The position numbers and the translations under genes were made by a program. The notes below the pieces were generated by a model. That model saw nothing but the letters and a program-made list of their open reading frames with translations. It was not told the DNA's origin and searched no databases. From contig NC_083227.1 in the NCBI RefSeq assembly GCF_032191835.1, forward strand, positions 166,842,001 through 166,906,000: 64,000 bases of DNA, written 5' to 3'. Position 1 is the stretch's first letter, and the number at the start of each line of letters is the position of its first letter. Source of the DNA: Heteronotia binoei (taxonomy: Eukaryota). This document shows, one piece after another, positions 61,826-64,000 of the stretch.

Positions 61826-62452
61826 GCATCAATGCATGATGCTGCGCTACGGCAAGAAGAAAATAGCCCCGGTTTCCGCTCCCAATTCTTGAACTCGCAC
61901 ATATTGGCCCAGAATTCGAATAGTAAGATGAAGGCACAAAACCAGAGTTGCAATTGTTCTCATTCCCGACGTTTTAAACCTCATTGCAATTGCTTTATTA
62001 ACACATGCTCGCAAACAATCATCAGAGGCTATTTCTTATGCTCCGGATGAGCAGCTTCAAAGCTGCATCCCGACCTGGATTAAAAAAAAAAGGTTCCTGG
62101 CGTTTCCATCAATTAATGATACTGTGCTATCGCAAGAAGAAAATAGCCCCGGTTTCCGCTCCCAATTCTTGAACTCACACATACTGGCCCAGAATTCGGA
62201 TAGTAAGATGAAGGCACAAAACCAGAGTTGCAATTGTTCTCATTCCCGACGTTTTAAACCTCATTGCAATTGCTTTATTCACGCATGCTCGCAAACAATC
62301 ATCAGAGGCTCTTTCTTATGCTCCGGATGAGCAGCTTCAAAGCTGCATTCCGACCTGGATATAAAAAAAAAGGTTGCTGGCGTTTCCATCAATTAATGAT
62401 ACTGTGCTACGGCAAGAAGAAAATAGCCCCGGTTTCTGTTCCCACTTCTTGA
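61826..62452. repeat. 280-bp tandem duplication (~2.2 copies) upstream of the RNASEH2A ATG
   Basis: gcaagaagaaaatagccccgg occurs at 61852, 62132 and 62412. Confidence 0.92.
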
Positions 62453-62885
62453 AAAGTCCTGCGAAAGAGCGCCAGAAGCACAGCCCGCGGCTCGGGAATA
62501 ATTTTAATTGGATATGCCACAAGTGACTTTATGGCTATGGCATAAAGCGTGGCGGAGGACACTGAACGCTCCACTGTTTCAACATGTTGGTTACTCGCGT
62601 CAGTAATAAATTCTGCAGTCTTGTGTTTTCATGGGGAATGGCCCATTCTCCCCTGCAGCAAAGCTCCCCTGCCTTTGACGGACAGAAATTCAACAGGCGT
62701 ATTTTTCTCGCGGCATGCACACGCGATATGCAATGGGACCTTCACCATCCCACCGTTATATAACTGAGAGTCGCACACCCGCTGCATTTTGCATTCGGGA
62801 AGCGGCTCCAGCACGTGGGCGCCGTTAAAATAAGTTTGGGGTATGATTGCCATCTTTGTTGATGGAAGAGGAAAATCCAAGAAGG

Positions 62886-63659
62886 TAGGGTTGGGGGCAG
62901 GGGATCCCCCGGTTTGGAGGCCCTCCCCCGCTTCAGGGTCCTCAGAAAGCAGGGGGAAGGGAAATGTCTGCTGGACACTCCATTATTCCTTAGGGAGATT
63001 TATTCCCATAGAAAATAATGGAGAATTGATCCGCGGGTATCTGGGGCTCTGGGGGGGGGCTGTTTTTGAGGTAGAGGCACCAAATTTTCTGCATACCATC
63101 CAACGCCTCTTCCCTAAATACCCTCCAAGTTTCAAAAAGATTGGACCAGGGGGTCCAATTCTATGAGCCCCCAAAGAAGGTGCCCCTATCCTTCATTATT
63201 TCCTATGGAAGGAAGGCATTGAAAAGGCGTGCGGTCCCTTTAAATGTGAGGGCCAGAACTCCCTTTGGAGTTCAATGATGCTTGTCACAGCCTTGATCTT
63301 GGCTCCACCCCCCCCAAAGTCTCCTGGCCCCACCCCCCAAAGTCTCCTGCCCCCCCAAAGTCTCCTGGCCCCACCCCCAAAGTCTCCTGGCCCCACCCCC
63401 CAAAGTCTCCTGCCCCCCAAGTCTCCTGGCCCCACCCCCAAAGTCTCCTGGCCCCACCCCCCAAAGTCTCCTGGGCCCACCCCCCCAAAGTCTCCTGGTC
63501 CCACCCCCAAAGTCTCCTGGCCCCCCCCCAAAGTCTCCTGGCCCCACCCCCCCAAAGTCTCCTGGCCCCACCCCCAAAGTCTCCTGGCTCCACCCCTAAA
63601 GTCTCCTGGGCCCACCCCCAAAGTCCCCAGATATTTCTTGAATTGGACTTGGCAACCCA
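62886..63659. mobile_element. VNTR-bearing hAT MITE, reverse orientation, ~15 VNTR units
   Basis: Family body; (ccccaaagtctcctggccccacc)n ~63300-63625; ends ttggcaaccca. Confidence 0.88.
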
Positions 63660-64000
63660 GGGACCCTCTCCCGTCGGGAGCGCGGGGAAGAGAAGCCGAG
63701 GAGCTCTGCGGGTGGAATGAGCAGCTGGGGAAGGTTCATCTGCGGATCCCGGGGAAGGGAAGGGGAGGGCAGCGTCTTTGTTCCCGCCTCCTGCAGCCCA
63801 GCGGGAGAGGGAAGGAGCGGCACAACCGGTCTTCCGCGCTGCCTCCGCCCACCGCAAGCGGGCTGCCTATAAAGCGCGGCGGGTCCTCGTGCCGCCTGCT
63901 CGGAGAAGAGGCCGCGGGGATTCGGGCTGCTGCTGCTGCTGCTGGATCGCGGTGCGCGGACGAGTCGGTAGGGAGGGCGCCCGCCCGCCCCTTGCATTCC
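63660..64000 (+). promoter_or_regulatory. CpG-island/TATA promoter and non-coding first exon, divergent from RNASEH2A (probably PRDX2 by synteny)
   Basis: GC box ccgccc ~63845, TATAAAG 63868-63874, (GCT)n leader, donor TCG|GTAGGG at 63967/63968. Human PRDX2 is head-to-head with RNASEH2A; no coding sequence is visible here. Confidence 0.6.

Overview
Vertebrate genomic DNA, most likely a squamate reptile and probably a gecko, judged from its SINE, L2, CR1 and hAT repertoire. I spliced two complete multi-exon genes by hand. (1) On the + strand, a retbindin / riboflavin-binding-protein-family gene (RTBDN; 5 coding exons, 26643-47952, 262 aa). (2) On the - strand and convergent with it, RNASEH2A (8 exons, 61683-53954, 300 aa). 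There are three CpG-island promoters: ~1.5-1.9 kb (unidentified gene, probably transcribed leftwards), ~12.4-13.0 kb (probable RTBDN non-coding first exon) and ~63.7-64.0 kb (TATA promoter, PRDX2 by human synteny, inference only). The rest is dense with transposable elements, and there is one ~200-N gap. The most unusual observations are: a ~308-bp satellite built from alternating fold-backs that runs into a CpG island; a VNTR-carrying hAT MITE sitting ~200-250 bp upstream of all three promoters in the same relative orientation; several SINE-derived tandem arrays; and an RTBDN product that keeps the full 18-Cys egg-RfBP scaffold plus a KR-cleavable acidic GSGSG tail. Comparisons to human or chicken proteins and to TE families are from recalled knowledge, not from database searches.
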